Shown here one piece after another: positions 11,249 through 19,764 of a DNA stretch of 64,000 nucleotides. Under the pieces are notes generated by a model. The model was given only the letters and a program-made list of their open reading frames with translations, did no database searches and was not told the origin of the DNA. The translations under genes and the position numbers were made by a program. The stretch's first letter is position 1. The number at the start of each line of letters is the position of its first letter. Source of the DNA: a virus (lineage: Duplodnaviria; Caudoviricetes); the IMG/VR virus record IMGVR_UViG_2617271113_000004, positions 96,001 through 160,000 of that record, one strand, 5' to 3'.

Positions 11249-12478
11249 CTAAACCGCTGATAACGAGTATCCATTGGTACGAGCATACTCAGCAATCCAA
11301 TTATCCGATACGTCGTTAGTTCCTTCTAAATCCTCAACTATTCTATAAAATAGTCTTATTTCTTCCTTTTTTTGAATTGCAGATAGCTGACGACCATAAA
11401 ATACACTCTCATTTTTATAAATATTGATCATGTCTGTGACACTTTCATTATAATCTTTTCTTGTCTTTTGAATTGAATTAACAAGAATATCCGCTATGCG
11501 ATCCGTTGATTTTCCACTTTCTTCGGGCTGTTCATATAGCCAGTCCTTAAGATCGTTATTTGCTTTGTTTACGATTTGTTGATAGAAATAATTTCGTTGT
11601 GATGTAAATGCCTCTTTCTTATCATCAATCATCATATACTGCTGCTTAATCGAGTTGTGTACAGATTTCATTTCTTTAAAACTCAGTATTAGATGTGATT
11701 TTAATGCTTGAACATTTTTTAAATCTGCTAATTGTCTTATAAGCATTTCTACATTTCCATCTATTAATTCTTGAGGATTATGAATAATCTCCTCTGCTCC
11801 TTCAATAATCGTTTCAAATTGAATAGCCCTGTTACGATGCACATATGCTATATCTCCCAACGATGTATGAAATGTATCTAAATTTCTTCTCTGCTTTTCA
11901 AGTTCTTCTATTTCCTTCTCAATTTCATCCAATTCACCATGCATCTGATTTTCATAAGCTTCTAATAACTTGTATTCAGATAGAATCCATGTCGATATAG
12001 AGTCTTTTTCTGCTTTAATTACTTTTTCAGTTTCCGTTTCAGAAGTGATTTGTGTTCGATAATGATTGTCAATGAATGTAACTTGTTTTTCTAGAGAAGC
12101 TTTCATATAAAATAACATTGAGTAAATCTCTAAATCTGCAGTTCCATCAAAACCACAATAAGTGTCTTCTACCTGAAAAGCTTTTTCTAATTCTCGTTCT
12201 TCTAACAAGATTAAATAATCATTAAATTGCTCCTTGTTTTGTCTGTTTTTAATAACTTCTAAAAGCGAGTTCATTCGATCAATTAGTTGCTGATAATCAA
12301 TGATTGCTCTAGTTATTAAAAAATCTTGAGAACGATCTATTTTGTTTACTGTATCCGATCCTAAAGGGAACTTCGATTCTTTATCTGGATATTGCATGTT
12401 CGGTCTATAACTAATTAAATGCCTTTCATAATTGGTATCAATTCCAATGTCTCCATACCATGTTTTATGTTTATTCAT
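11249..12478 (-). CDS. Hypothetical helical protein
   Basis: 409 aa between terL and portal. Confidence 0.5.
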   Translation of the reverse strand: MNKHKTWYGDIGIDTNYERHLISYRPNMQYPDKESKFPLGSDTVNKIDRSQDFLITRAIIDYQQLIDRMNSLLEVIKNRQNKEQFNDYLILLEERELEKAFQVEDTYCGFDGTADLEIYSMLFYMKASLEKQVTFIDNHYRTQITSETETEKVIKAEKDSISTWILSEYKLLEAYENQMHGELDEIEKEIEELEKQRRNLDTFHTSLGDIAYVHRNRAIQFETIIEGAEEIIHNPQELIDGNVEMLIRQLADLKNVQALKSHLILSFKEMKSVHNSIKQQYMMIDDKKEAFTSQRNYFYQQIVNKANNDLKDWLYEQPEESGKSTDRIADILVNSIQKTRKDYNESVTDMINIYKNESVFYGRQLSAIQKKEEIRLFYRIVEDLEGTNDVSDNWIAEYARTNGYSLSAV

Positions 12479-12604
12479 CTAAAAACCACCCTTTTCAATA
12501 TGTAACGCAGCTGATGCTGCGCTGGGAGAAGATATCTAGAAATAGATGCAGGGTATTATCTTCCACCTGCTTAAAACAGGGACAACGCATTAGTTCAGAT
12601 ATTC

Positions 12605-14365
12605 CTAAAACGTAGATCGCTTAAATCCTTTACTTCTACTAGATCCTCTTGCTCCAAATGATGATTTCGTTCTTTTCTTTGAATATCCCATAGGCACTTT
12701 TTCCATATACCAGTTTGGATTATCCTTAGGCTCTGGAATGCGTTTCTTTTTTGTTTGGAATACATCATCATTTCTTCCGAACGCTTTCTCACGGAGACGA
12801 TCTGAATTGCCATGCTCTTTAACAAAAGCCTTTCTTGCTGGATTTATTTTCTCTAAAATTTTTGCGATATCAGGAAACTCAATGGTAAATCCAAGTATAG
12901 TTAACATAAATGCATCTAATGCATGCTCATTTTCAGATGTATATTCAGGTTTACCTGTTTTTGAAATACGTAATACTTGATAATCCATCATTTGCTTCCA
13001 GACCATATCATCAAAAGGAGAAAGGATTATTTGATCCCTTTCAAGCAATATGCTAGTTTGATTAACCATAAAGTTCTTTGCATCTTTTTTGTCTATCTCT
13101 CTGGACCCTGGATCACGTATTTCAATCTTCTCTGAAAAGTGAATTCGTTTTACTTTTTGCAACATACCGCTTTCTGGGTTATCTCTACCATGTTTTCTAA
13201 GTGCCTCTATTTGATATTCACCGTGACCGGCATCGATATAAAAGAATTTTGGATTCCAAATTGTGTTTATCTCGATTAGTTTTTGTACTGCATTGTCGTA
13301 TGTCCATTCTCCTCTGGTTATTTCATAACGTTTTGCTACTCTAAATTTTTTCCTTAATTCATCAAATTCCGTTACAATAATTTGAGTCGCTGCACCAAAT
13401 TTATCCCAGTCAGTTCCTACGATACGCACAGCAGGAGGAGCTTGATTTTTCATCGTATATTCCGGCATATACGTTATATCATTTAAATCAATACCACTCT
13501 TTTTATATTGTGCTTTTTCATAAACATTCAGTTCACGATAAGCATATAAAAATTGAGATTTTGCCCTTTCTACGGCAGCTTTATTAAATACTCCAACAGT
13601 TTCTTCACCAAACTCGGCTTCTACTTCGTGAATGTAACCTTGTTCGGTCATGGTAGCACGCATTTCCGCTTCCATGGTTTCATCAAAGTCAGGGTTTACC
13701 ATAGAAGGAAAATGATAAGCTTTATAACCTGTGTCCGGATTCGTACATACATCGTAAAAAAAGTCACGCTTACCAGTAGGTGTGGAAGATACCCATATAC
13801 CAATTCGCTTTGGATCTTCCATAGCGATAGCTGTAACGGCATCAATACCATCCCTATTCATATAGTCAATCTCATCCATGAATATAAAATCAGCACGCTG
13901 ACCACGTACACTAGCGCCGCTTTGTCCTTGTGTAGCTCCAACTGTAAAACCCATGATTTTTGAACCATTATTGAAAGATGTAATAAAAGGATTTTTCGTT
14001 GAACTAGAAGAATTAGCAAGTTCATCACAATCATTTATTAACTCTTGCAAACGCATAAATATTAAACGGACTTGATGTTCATAAGGAGTAGTAATTAAAA
14101 GTCGTGCATTTTTATGATGAAAGGCGTACCATAAACAGAATACAACCATTGTTTCTGTTTTACCTACACGTCTTCCCATACGAGCTGCAATTCTCCGAGT
14201 GCCATTCATGATATCTTTGATCATGTCTTCTTGATACCATCTGGCTTTCCATGGATTTCCTTTAGGATCTTTTAATTTCCAATAAGCCCACTTCACAGGA
14301 TCGGAGCGAATCTCTCTTTCTACTTCCTGCATTTCTTCTTTATCTAAAATAGCTTCCTCACTCAT
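12605..14365 (-). CDS. terL: Terminase large subunit
   Basis: Walker A GRRVGKT, Walker B IFMDEID, SSTPTG coupling motif, nuclease motifs GTDW, IDAG and HALDA. Confidence 0.93.
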   Translation of the reverse strand: MSEEAILDKEEMQEVEREIRSDPVKWAYWKLKDPKGNPWKARWYQEDMIKDIMNGTRRIAARMGRRVGKTETMVVFCLWYAFHHKNARLLITTPYEHQVRLIFMRLQELINDCDELANSSSSTKNPFITSFNNGSKIMGFTVGATQGQSGASVRGQRADFIFMDEIDYMNRDGIDAVTAIAMEDPKRIGIWVSSTPTGKRDFFYDVCTNPDTGYKAYHFPSMVNPDFDETMEAEMRATMTEQGYIHEVEAEFGEETVGVFNKAAVERAKSQFLYAYRELNVYEKAQYKKSGIDLNDITYMPEYTMKNQAPPAVRIVGTDWDKFGAATQIIVTEFDELRKKFRVAKRYEITRGEWTYDNAVQKLIEINTIWNPKFFYIDAGHGEYQIEALRKHGRDNPESGMLQKVKRIHFSEKIEIRDPGSREIDKKDAKNFMVNQTSILLERDQIILSPFDDMVWKQMMDYQVLRISKTGKPEYTSENEHALDAFMLTILGFTIEFPDIAKILEKINPARKAFVKEHGNSDRLREKAFGRNDDVFQTKKKRIPEPKDNPNWYMEKVPMGYSKKRTKSSFGARGSSRSKGFKRSTF

Positions 14366-14387
14366 TAGGTTGAATCACCCTTTTCTA

Positions 14388-14753
14388 TTAGGAATCAACC
14401 ATAGTATCTGTCATACCACCAATTGCTCCACCAACAGCGGCACCAACTCCATATGTTAATGCCTTTCTCCAACCAGAACCAAAACTTTTATTATATGTTC
14501 TAACTGAAGGACTATTATTAAAATTATCACGAAGTTGAGCCCTAGCATCATTTCTTGCTGTATCAGACATTGAATTATTTCTTAGCTGCACTGATTGATT
14601 TCTAAACTTGCGCATTTGACGCTTTGCACCTAAACTTACACCTGCATGAACAAATCCTGCAGATGCTGCTGTTGCCGCAGCACCAATTGCCATCCCATTA
14701 ACAGCACTATCTGGATTTACTTTTTGATAGGATTCATTGCTATTCATATACAT
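14388..14753 (-). CDS. Small Gly/Ala-rich protein with glycine-zipper-like helices
   Basis: GMAIGAAATAASAG and GVGAAVGGAIGG segments; GAGGTG RBS. Confidence 0.6.
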   Translation of the reverse strand: MYMNSNESYQKVNPDSAVNGMAIGAAATAASAGFVHAGVSLGAKRQMRKFRNQSVQLRNNSMSDTARNDARAQLRDNFNNSPSVRTYNKSFGSGWRKALTYGVGAAVGGAIGGMTDTMVDS

Positions 14754-14769
14754 GTGTTATTCACCTCTT

Positions 14770-15204
14770 TTAATAAACTCGTTGAGCTCCTCTAGCATGA
14801 TTTGCCATATTAGCAGTAACATGTTGGCGTGCTTGTTGAATTTGATTTAACCCTTGATATTGCATAGACTGTTGGGCTTGAGAGGATTGATAGTTGCTTC
14901 CAAACCTGTTTCGGTTTGCATGAAATTTTGCTTTTTTCTGTTCTGCGGCGTTGATTAAATCAGGTGCTACCTGTACAGCTGCCGCACCAGCAGAAATTGC
15001 CAGACCTCCAAGAAGACCACCAGGGGCCATTGACCATACTGCGTTTGTTAGTAATGCTTTACCAACTGCCACTGGTGCGGACTCGCCCTCTTTCATACGC
15101 ATATAAGAGTCTAATCCTACGAATCCAACTCCAAGCCCTGTATTTATTTTATCTAACTTATTTATAGAGCCTCTGCCATTCGCAGGCTCTTGTTGAGTTG
15201 CCAT
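14770..15204 (-). CDS. Small Gly/Ala/Gln-rich protein
   Basis: 144 aa, closely following the upstream gene. Confidence 0.6.
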   Translation of the reverse strand: MATQQEPANGRGSINKLDKINTGLGVGFVGLDSYMRMKEGESAPVAVGKALLTNAVWSMAPGGLLGGLAISAGAAAVQVAPDLINAAEQKKAKFHANRNRFGSNYQSSQAQQSMQYQGLNQIQQARQHVTANMANHARGAQRVY

Positions 15205-15207
15205 ACA

Positions 15208-15540
15208 TTACCCTCCATGTCTAAGATTGTGCAAGGCAAAAGCCAGATCGCCATTTGCTTCTATTCCTGTATAATTTGGCGTATAGTCTAACCCGTCTCC
15301 TCTTGATCCAGGCAGAGATTCAGGTTCTCTCATTTGCGCTTCATTTTCTAATCTTTGATATGGAGCAGAGTATATTTGATGTCCGCCAAATCCTACAGCA
15401 CTTACTCCCATAGCTATTTTTCCTTTACCACCCACGGTTCGCCCAGTCCATAAATTATTTAGATTCCTTTGATCTACCTTTTTAATAAAAGGCTCTTTGG
15501 GATTAAATTCTTTTGCAAGTCCTTTCATAAATCTTTTCAT
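15208..15540 (-). CDS. Small basic Gly-rich protein
   Basis: 110 aa with GGGG RBS. Confidence 0.6.
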   Translation of the reverse strand: MKRFMKGLAKEFNPKEPFIKKVDQRNLNNLWTGRTVGGKGKIAMGVSAVGFGGHQIYSAPYQRLENEAQMREPESLPGSRGDGLDYTPNYTGIEANGDLAFALHNLRHGG

Positions 15541-15551
15541 GCCTTATCCCC

Positions 15552-15884
15552 CTATACCATAGGAATTCCTACAATATCGCTTTGGCCTTTGCTATTTCGA
15601 TATGCAGAACCGCCACTTGCTGTACGATAAGCAGCATCTCCAGCGATGTAAGCAGAACCAGCTAGTGCCGCCGCACGTTTCTTACTAATTGTTCCCGAGT
15701 TAAATTTATGAGATGTTCTTTCACTTGGACTAAGCTTATCGTAGGCTTGTCTAGCTTCTTTGTTTCGAATAGCATACGTCATTGGTCTTCCATCTCCAGT
15801 GACCGTATTTTTGACATCTCCATAAAGTGCCTTAAAACCATTTACTGCTTGATTTGAGAATAACTTTGGGTTCAAGAGAATCAC
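15552..15884 (-). CDS. Small basic Ala/Gly-rich protein
   Basis: 110 aa overlapping the terS stop codon. Confidence 0.6.
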   Translation of the reverse strand: MILLNPKLFSNQAVNGFKALYGDVKNTVTGDGRPMTYAIRNKEARQAYDKLSPSERTSHKFNSGTISKKRAAALAGSAYIAGDAAYRTASGGSAYRNSKGQSDIVGIPMV

Positions 15885-16648
15885 TCCTCCTCGTTATAAT
15901 CTATAGGTTCAACATCAATGATGTCGTCTTCTTCTGGCATTTTCATATTCATCTTCTTGTAATAGGCTTTTTTAGCTTCGTGTTCCGACTGCTTATTTTT
16001 TTCCATGTCTTGATTTACTTTAACCATTTCAGCTGCTTGTACAGATGGATCTTGTTTGATGGTTAACTTTTGACCTTCTTTATCTTTTCTTGTTGAGTTC
16101 AACAATTGGTAGGATTTATTCTTGCGGTTGATTAGTTTTTCTTTGTAGTCTGTTAGAGGATGAAGTTCTTGCCTCGTAATCGGTTCCCCATCTTCACTCA
16201 TTCCTACTGTGTTATTAACGATATAATCTGCGTCCCAAGCCATCTTATTATCACAACGAAGCAAGCCAATATCTGCATCTACAAGATCTTTTACGATCAT
16301 TAAGTCAATTGTGTCACTTGCTTTTCTATTCTCTAGATCTATTTCGAAATGTTCAGCATATCGTTCAAATAGGTCTTCGATTGCAGCAATTTCAATGGGG
16401 CACTTCTCGCCATATGGAGCTTTCTCCATCTCTACTAGAGGACAAGAGTGAGAATAAGGACACGCCTCCGCTTTACAAATGATCGGAACTGACGCATATA
16501 GACCATGCTTTGTATTTCTGAGTCTTTTAGCTACTTGAATAGCTTCAACAGCATCTGGATTAGAAGTCCATGCTGTATGGTCTAATTCTTTCGCACTTGC
16601 AGATATAGCAGCTAATCCAGCTTCTGTTTTAGGTCCTGTCTTGCTCAT
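15881..16648 (-). CDS. terS: Probable terminase small subunit
   Basis: First gene of the packaging operon; TGPKTEAG..S and N.KHGLYA motifs, Cys cluster, acidic tail. Confidence 0.6.
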   Translation of the reverse strand: MSKTGPKTEAGLAAISASAKELDHTAWTSNPDAVEAIQVAKRLRNTKHGLYASVPIICKAEACPYSHSCPLVEMEKAPYGEKCPIEIAAIEDLFERYAEHFEIDLENRKASDTIDLMIVKDLVDADIGLLRCDNKMAWDADYIVNNTVGMSEDGEPITRQELHPLTDYKEKLINRKNKSYQLLNSTRKDKEGQKLTIKQDPSVQAAEMVKVNQDMEKNKQSEHEAKKAYYKKMNMKMPEEDDIIDVEPIDYNEEE

Positions 16649-16785
16649 AGAAATTCCTCCTAAATATAAAAGGGCATACTCACTCGATCCCCCTTAACCT
16701 GCTGGTGCTTTGTGAGGCGGTGCAGTTGCCCGTTCTTTAATTTTACAATACCTGTATTTTTTAAGAAATTTTTCTAAGAAGGAAT

Positions 16786-16818
16786 AAAAAAAGCAGGATG
16801 CTTCTAATGCATCCTGCT
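16786..16818 (-). terminator. Intrinsic terminator after parM-parR
   Basis: AGCAGGATGC-ATTAGAA-GCATCCTGCT followed by a T run on the minus strand. Confidence 0.85.
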
Positions 16819-16876
16819 ACAGTGACGGTCGTACCCATTGTTAATGTTTTGCTTTGTTATTCTTTTTTTTGCACTT

Positions 16877-17068
16877 TTACTGCTGTTTTTCCTTTTGCTT
16901 TAGTTCCTCAATATACGCCTTCTCTTTTGCTTCTTCAGTTATCGCTTTTTCAAGAAGTCTTCTGATTTCATATGCTCTATCATTTGGCTTGATGTCCTTA
17001 AAATGATTTCGTAGCAAGTCGTCATTCTTTCGAATTCGAGCTACAAGCATATTATTGTCTTGCGACAT
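16877..17068 (-). CDS. Putative ParR-like adaptor (ribbon-helix-helix type)
   Basis: 63 aa overlapping the parM 3' end; beta-helix-helix pattern. Confidence 0.6.
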   Translation of the reverse strand: MSQDNNMLVARIRKNDDLLRNHFKDIKPNDRAYEIRRLLEKAITEEAKEKAYIEELKQKEKQQ

Positions 17069-18215
17069 GCGGTTGCATCTCCTTCACAGGACTTACATAC
17101 TCCTCTAATACTTTCTCTTGACCAAGCTCATCTGATAACTCAAGAACACCATACATATAAAATCCTAGAAGGTTCGTAAATTGGGAATTTTCCATTATAA
17201 TAAATCCTTGGATATTTTCTTTTTCAAAGTTCTTGCCAACTTCCTTTGCGTAGACATGAGCCCCCCCACCAGTGGCAATAATCAATTGTAACCGGTTAGA
17301 CTCATTTCCCCATGCTGTTGTAATTGAATCAGCAATAGGTTTAGCTCGATCAGCAATAACAGCTTGAATTTCATCTGATACATCAAAGTCAGTATTTCTA
17401 TATTTAATATTTCCAGTCTGAATCGCATAGTCTAAATCCTGATCTGACGGGTGGAACATATAACCCATATCAGCGAATTTTAATTCGATAGATCTGCGAA
17501 GACGCTTATATACTTCTGTTACTCCAATTGTTGATTTATTTTTTGTGTCATCTTCTAGTACAACCCCATTACGGAATAAAGCATAATCCGTAGATACATG
17601 TCCGAAGTCAATGACTCCTAAATATTCTGCACGATGTTCAGACGGTGCTAAGAAGCTTTCTTCATCAAAGCGAAATTGATTGTATGTAACGGTACCTTCT
17701 GGTTGTCTTAACACAACTACGCTTTTGACTTTCACGTCTTTTTTAATGCTATTTTTACTGTCTAAATAGAACTCTACGGTAAAGTCTTTACTTAAGAATG
17801 ATTCTAAGTCTTCTTTAATCTTCATGTCGTAATCTGTATTCGGAAGCCCCGTAACAATAGTAACTTCATATGTTCCACTTTTATCAGGAAGGCTTAACCC
17901 AATTCCTGTATGGAAAAGAACCCTACTCTTTTCATCATTGGCACGATTACGTTTTTCAGTACGCACGTTTACATTTTCTTCTACTGGCATACCTAAAGCA
18001 TTATCTCCAACGAAATATGTTCCTTCTTCCGTTTTCACCACTAATTCTTGTATGTTTATTTCACTAGAGGATAGCAATGGACGGCTTGCTGGTGTCCCAC
18101 TAACTACGCCACTTGGTATTACATGTGGCTCTGGCTTTGCATTTGACATATACTTTAAACCACCAAAACCTACGTCTACCCCTACTAAATATGGCACCTT
18201 CTTCTCTTTCGTCAT
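17052..18215 (-). CDS. parM: ParM/StbA-family actin-like segregation ATPase
   Basis: GVDVGFGGLK, VTGLP, QPEG, VIDFGHVSTD and TGGGA actin-fold motifs. Confidence 0.9.
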   Translation of the reverse strand: MTKEKKVPYLVGVDVGFGGLKYMSNAKPEPHVIPSGVVSGTPASRPLLSSSEINIQELVVKTEEGTYFVGDNALGMPVEENVNVRTEKRNRANDEKSRVLFHTGIGLSLPDKSGTYEVTIVTGLPNTDYDMKIKEDLESFLSKDFTVEFYLDSKNSIKKDVKVKSVVVLRQPEGTVTYNQFRFDEESFLAPSEHRAEYLGVIDFGHVSTDYALFRNGVVLEDDTKNKSTIGVTEVYKRLRRSIELKFADMGYMFHPSDQDLDYAIQTGNIKYRNTDFDVSDEIQAVIADRAKPIADSITTAWGNESNRLQLIIATGGGAHVYAKEVGKNFEKENIQGFIIMENSQFTNLLGFYMYGVLELSDELGQEKVLEEYVSPVKEMQPHVARQ

Positions 18216-18237
18216 TCCCTATTTCTCCCTCCAGTAT

Positions 18238-18271
18238 AATATGTTTAAATTGTTAACATTTTGAACATATT
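18238..18271. promoter_or_regulatory. 34-bp imperfect palindrome, candidate parC/ParR operator
   Basis: AATATGTTTAAATTGTTAACATTTTGAACATATT lies between the promoter and the parM RBS. Confidence 0.55.
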
Positions 18272-18274
18272 CCT

Positions 18275-18303
18275 AGTTTACCTATAAATGCTGATAGATG
18301 CAA
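18275..18303 (-). promoter_or_regulatory. sigmaA-type promoter of parMR
   Basis: TTGCAT-N17-TAAACT on the minus strand. Confidence 0.6.
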
Positions 18304-18314
18304 GTATTACCAAT

Positions 18315-18346
18315 AAAAAAGCACCGCTTTTTGCGATGCTTTCTTT
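18315..18346 (-). terminator. Terminator ending the RNA cluster transcript
   Basis: AAAGCATCGC-AAAAA-GCGGTGCTTT followed by a T run on the minus strand. Confidence 0.7.
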
Positions 18347-18377
18347 AGGAAAAGGAAGGATAATGGAATTTTAGAGC

Positions 18378-18555
18378 TTGCAGCTCTTTTAAAGAGCCTA
18401 GGAAAACAGGGAAACCCAAGCTCCTTAAAACAACTGCAAATCGATATGGACAGGAACTAAAGAGACATCAAATATTAATATTAACGATATATGAGATAAA
18501 ATGAAAGGAGTGTAATATGAATGAAAGATAGTCTCTTTAGCCCTATTCCTATATC
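18378..18555 (-). ncRNA. Two long hairpins with pyrimidine-rich loops (putative sRNAs)
   Basis: Stems of about 24 bp (18378-18439, 18443-18555) whose mismatches become G-U pairs only on the minus strand. Confidence 0.55.
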
Positions 18556-18577
18556 AAGGCAAAGGGGGTAATAGTTG

Positions 18578-18641
18578 TGTTCTTGACTGGACTCTCACCA
18601 GTATCTCTTGTGACAAGCGCATTAACTTATACTACAAGAAC
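18578..18641 (-). ncRNA. tRNA-like RNA with truncated anticodon arm
   Basis: Acceptor GTTCTTG/CAAGAAC, D arm GTAT/ATGC, arm CTTG-TCA-CAAG, T arm ACTGG-TGAGAGT-CCAGT. Confidence 0.7.
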
Positions 18642-18648
18642 ATATAAG

Positions 18649-18726
18649 CGCCCTCTTGGGAGTTGAACCCACCCACAACAGCATATGGCCATCTATCTGT
18701 TGACTCATCCACCGAAAGGAAAGGGC
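18649..18726 (-). ncRNA. tRNA-like RNA with elongated anticodon arm
   Basis: Acceptor GCCCTTT/AGAGGGC, T arm TGGG-TTCAACT-CCCA, stem CAACAG/CTGTTG enclosing 15 nt. Confidence 0.6.
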
Positions 18727-18732
18727 ATATAA

Positions 18733-18807
18733 TCTCGATAGCAGGACTTGAACCTACGACCTCTGCGTCCCAAACGCAGCGCTCTACGCAAACTGAGCTA
18801 TATCGAG
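18733..18807 (-). tRNA. tRNA-Pro(TGG)
   Basis: Full cloverleaf; anticodon arm CTGCG-TT-TGG-GA-CGCAG; GGTTCAAGTCC; CCA not encoded. Confidence 0.93.
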
Positions 18808-18814
18808 TTGTATC

Positions 18815-18965
18815 CTTGCAGTTGTAAACCACTCTAACAACTGCTCTGTATTCATGTTTAGCACTAACTCTTGTCAGGTGATACGCCTTAGCTAAATGTA
18901 AAATACATTTTTTTGCTCAATTTTATTCTTGCCTGTATCAGAAGGCTGAGCCGTGGAGTTGTTAT
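18815..18965 (-). ncRNA. Unassigned structured RNA of about 150 nt
   Basis: Closing stem TAACAACT/AGTTGTTA with internal stems GCTCA/TGAGC and TGTATT..TTTAGC/GCTAAA..AATACA. Confidence 0.4.
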
Positions 18966-18972
18966 AAAATAG

Positions 18973-19066
18973 TGACCTTCATAGGAATTGAACCTATATC
19001 CACCTCTTGCTAAGCAATAAACCAGTCATCACCTAGTAAGTGTAGTAGAATTCTCCAGTAAGATCA
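18973..19066 (-). ncRNA. tRNA-like RNA resembling a miniature tmRNA tRNA-like domain
   Basis: TGATCTT/AAGGTCA acceptor, no D stem, GAATTCTAC...GTGGAT, T arm ATAGG-TTCAATT-CCTAT. Confidence 0.55.
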
Positions 19067-19100
19067 TTATGTATACGGGTCAAGATTAATTGACCCGATT

Positions 19101-19505
19101 TTATAAAGCAGGCAATGGATGAAGAGTCATACTTTCGTCAGTAACCCATCCTCCTGCAGCAGGATCATCAAAATAATGATAAATATATTGTCCAACTGCT
19201 TTTTGATTAACATCTGGTAGAAGAAAACCCACATTAACTACTCTTTTATTTTCCTCATCTGTTATTACTTCTTCATGAATTAGCTCTGCGTCCATTATAG
19301 TGAAAGGTTCTCCTGTTCCAGGATAGTTCATAAAGTTATCAACGAACCGTGGTCCATGGTTAGGATACATTTCATCTGGTGGATAAAACTGTATTCTTGT
19401 GTTTTGAGTAGGTTCTACAGCAAAATGTAATATTTCTGTAAATACACCATTTTTTCCACCTGCATAGTTACACATATACACTGCTTCTGGTTCTGTGAAA
19501 TCCAT
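19101..19505 (-). CDS. Hypothetical protein inside the RNA cluster
   Basis: 134 aa with AGGAG RBS. Confidence 0.65.
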   Translation of the reverse strand: MDFTEPEAVYMCNYAGGKNGVFTEILHFAVEPTQNTRIQFYPPDEMYPNHGPRFVDNFMNYPGTGEPFTIMDAELIHEEVITDEENKRVVNVGFLLPDVNQKAVGQYIYHYFDDPAAGGWVTDESMTLHPLPAL

Positions 19506-19534
19506 ACCATCAGCTCCTATATTTTATTAGTTGA

Positions 19535-19607
19535 CATTCCCTGTTGGAGTTGCACCTTACCATCTACAGTTAACTCACTATAGACTGACTACTAACTAGT
19601 AGGGAAC
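19535..19607 (-). ncRNA. Degenerate tRNA-like RNA
   Basis: Acceptor GTTCCCT/AGGGAAT, 8-bp stem TCTATAGT/ACTGTAGA with 6-nt loop, T-loop-like GG-TGCAACT-CC. Confidence 0.5.
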
Positions 19608-19610
19608 ATA

Positions 19611-19685
19611 TGGCTGAGTAGGTAGGATTCGAACCTACGACTAACCGGTTAACAGCCGATTGCTCTACCGCTGAGCTACTACTCA
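19611..19685 (-). tRNA. tRNA-Asn(GTT)
   Basis: Full cloverleaf; loop CT-GTT-AA; GGTTCGAATCC; encoded CCA. Confidence 0.95.
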
Positions 19686-19764
19686 ATATTGCAAATGCTC
19701 TAATGAAGAACATTTGCCTTTAAAAAGAGAAGAATAAATATGCTTCTAACAAACCCTTAAATAG

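Noticed and set aside
18368-18432. TTTTAGAGCT / GTTTTAAGGAGCT resembling a Cas9-type repeat
   Set aside because: Short match with no array, spacers or cas genes; explained by the hairpin. No CRISPR array was seen anywhere in the window.
18632-18832. 66-aa ORF
   Set aside because: Overlaps tRNA-Pro and a tRNA-like unit.
19535-19607. Ochre suppressor (UUA in loop) explaining TAA 44784, or opal/Sec tRNA for the UCA in 18578-641
   Set aside because: Loops are 6 and 3 nt with non-canonical geometry; TAA and TGA are used as normal stops throughout, so there is no sign of recoding.
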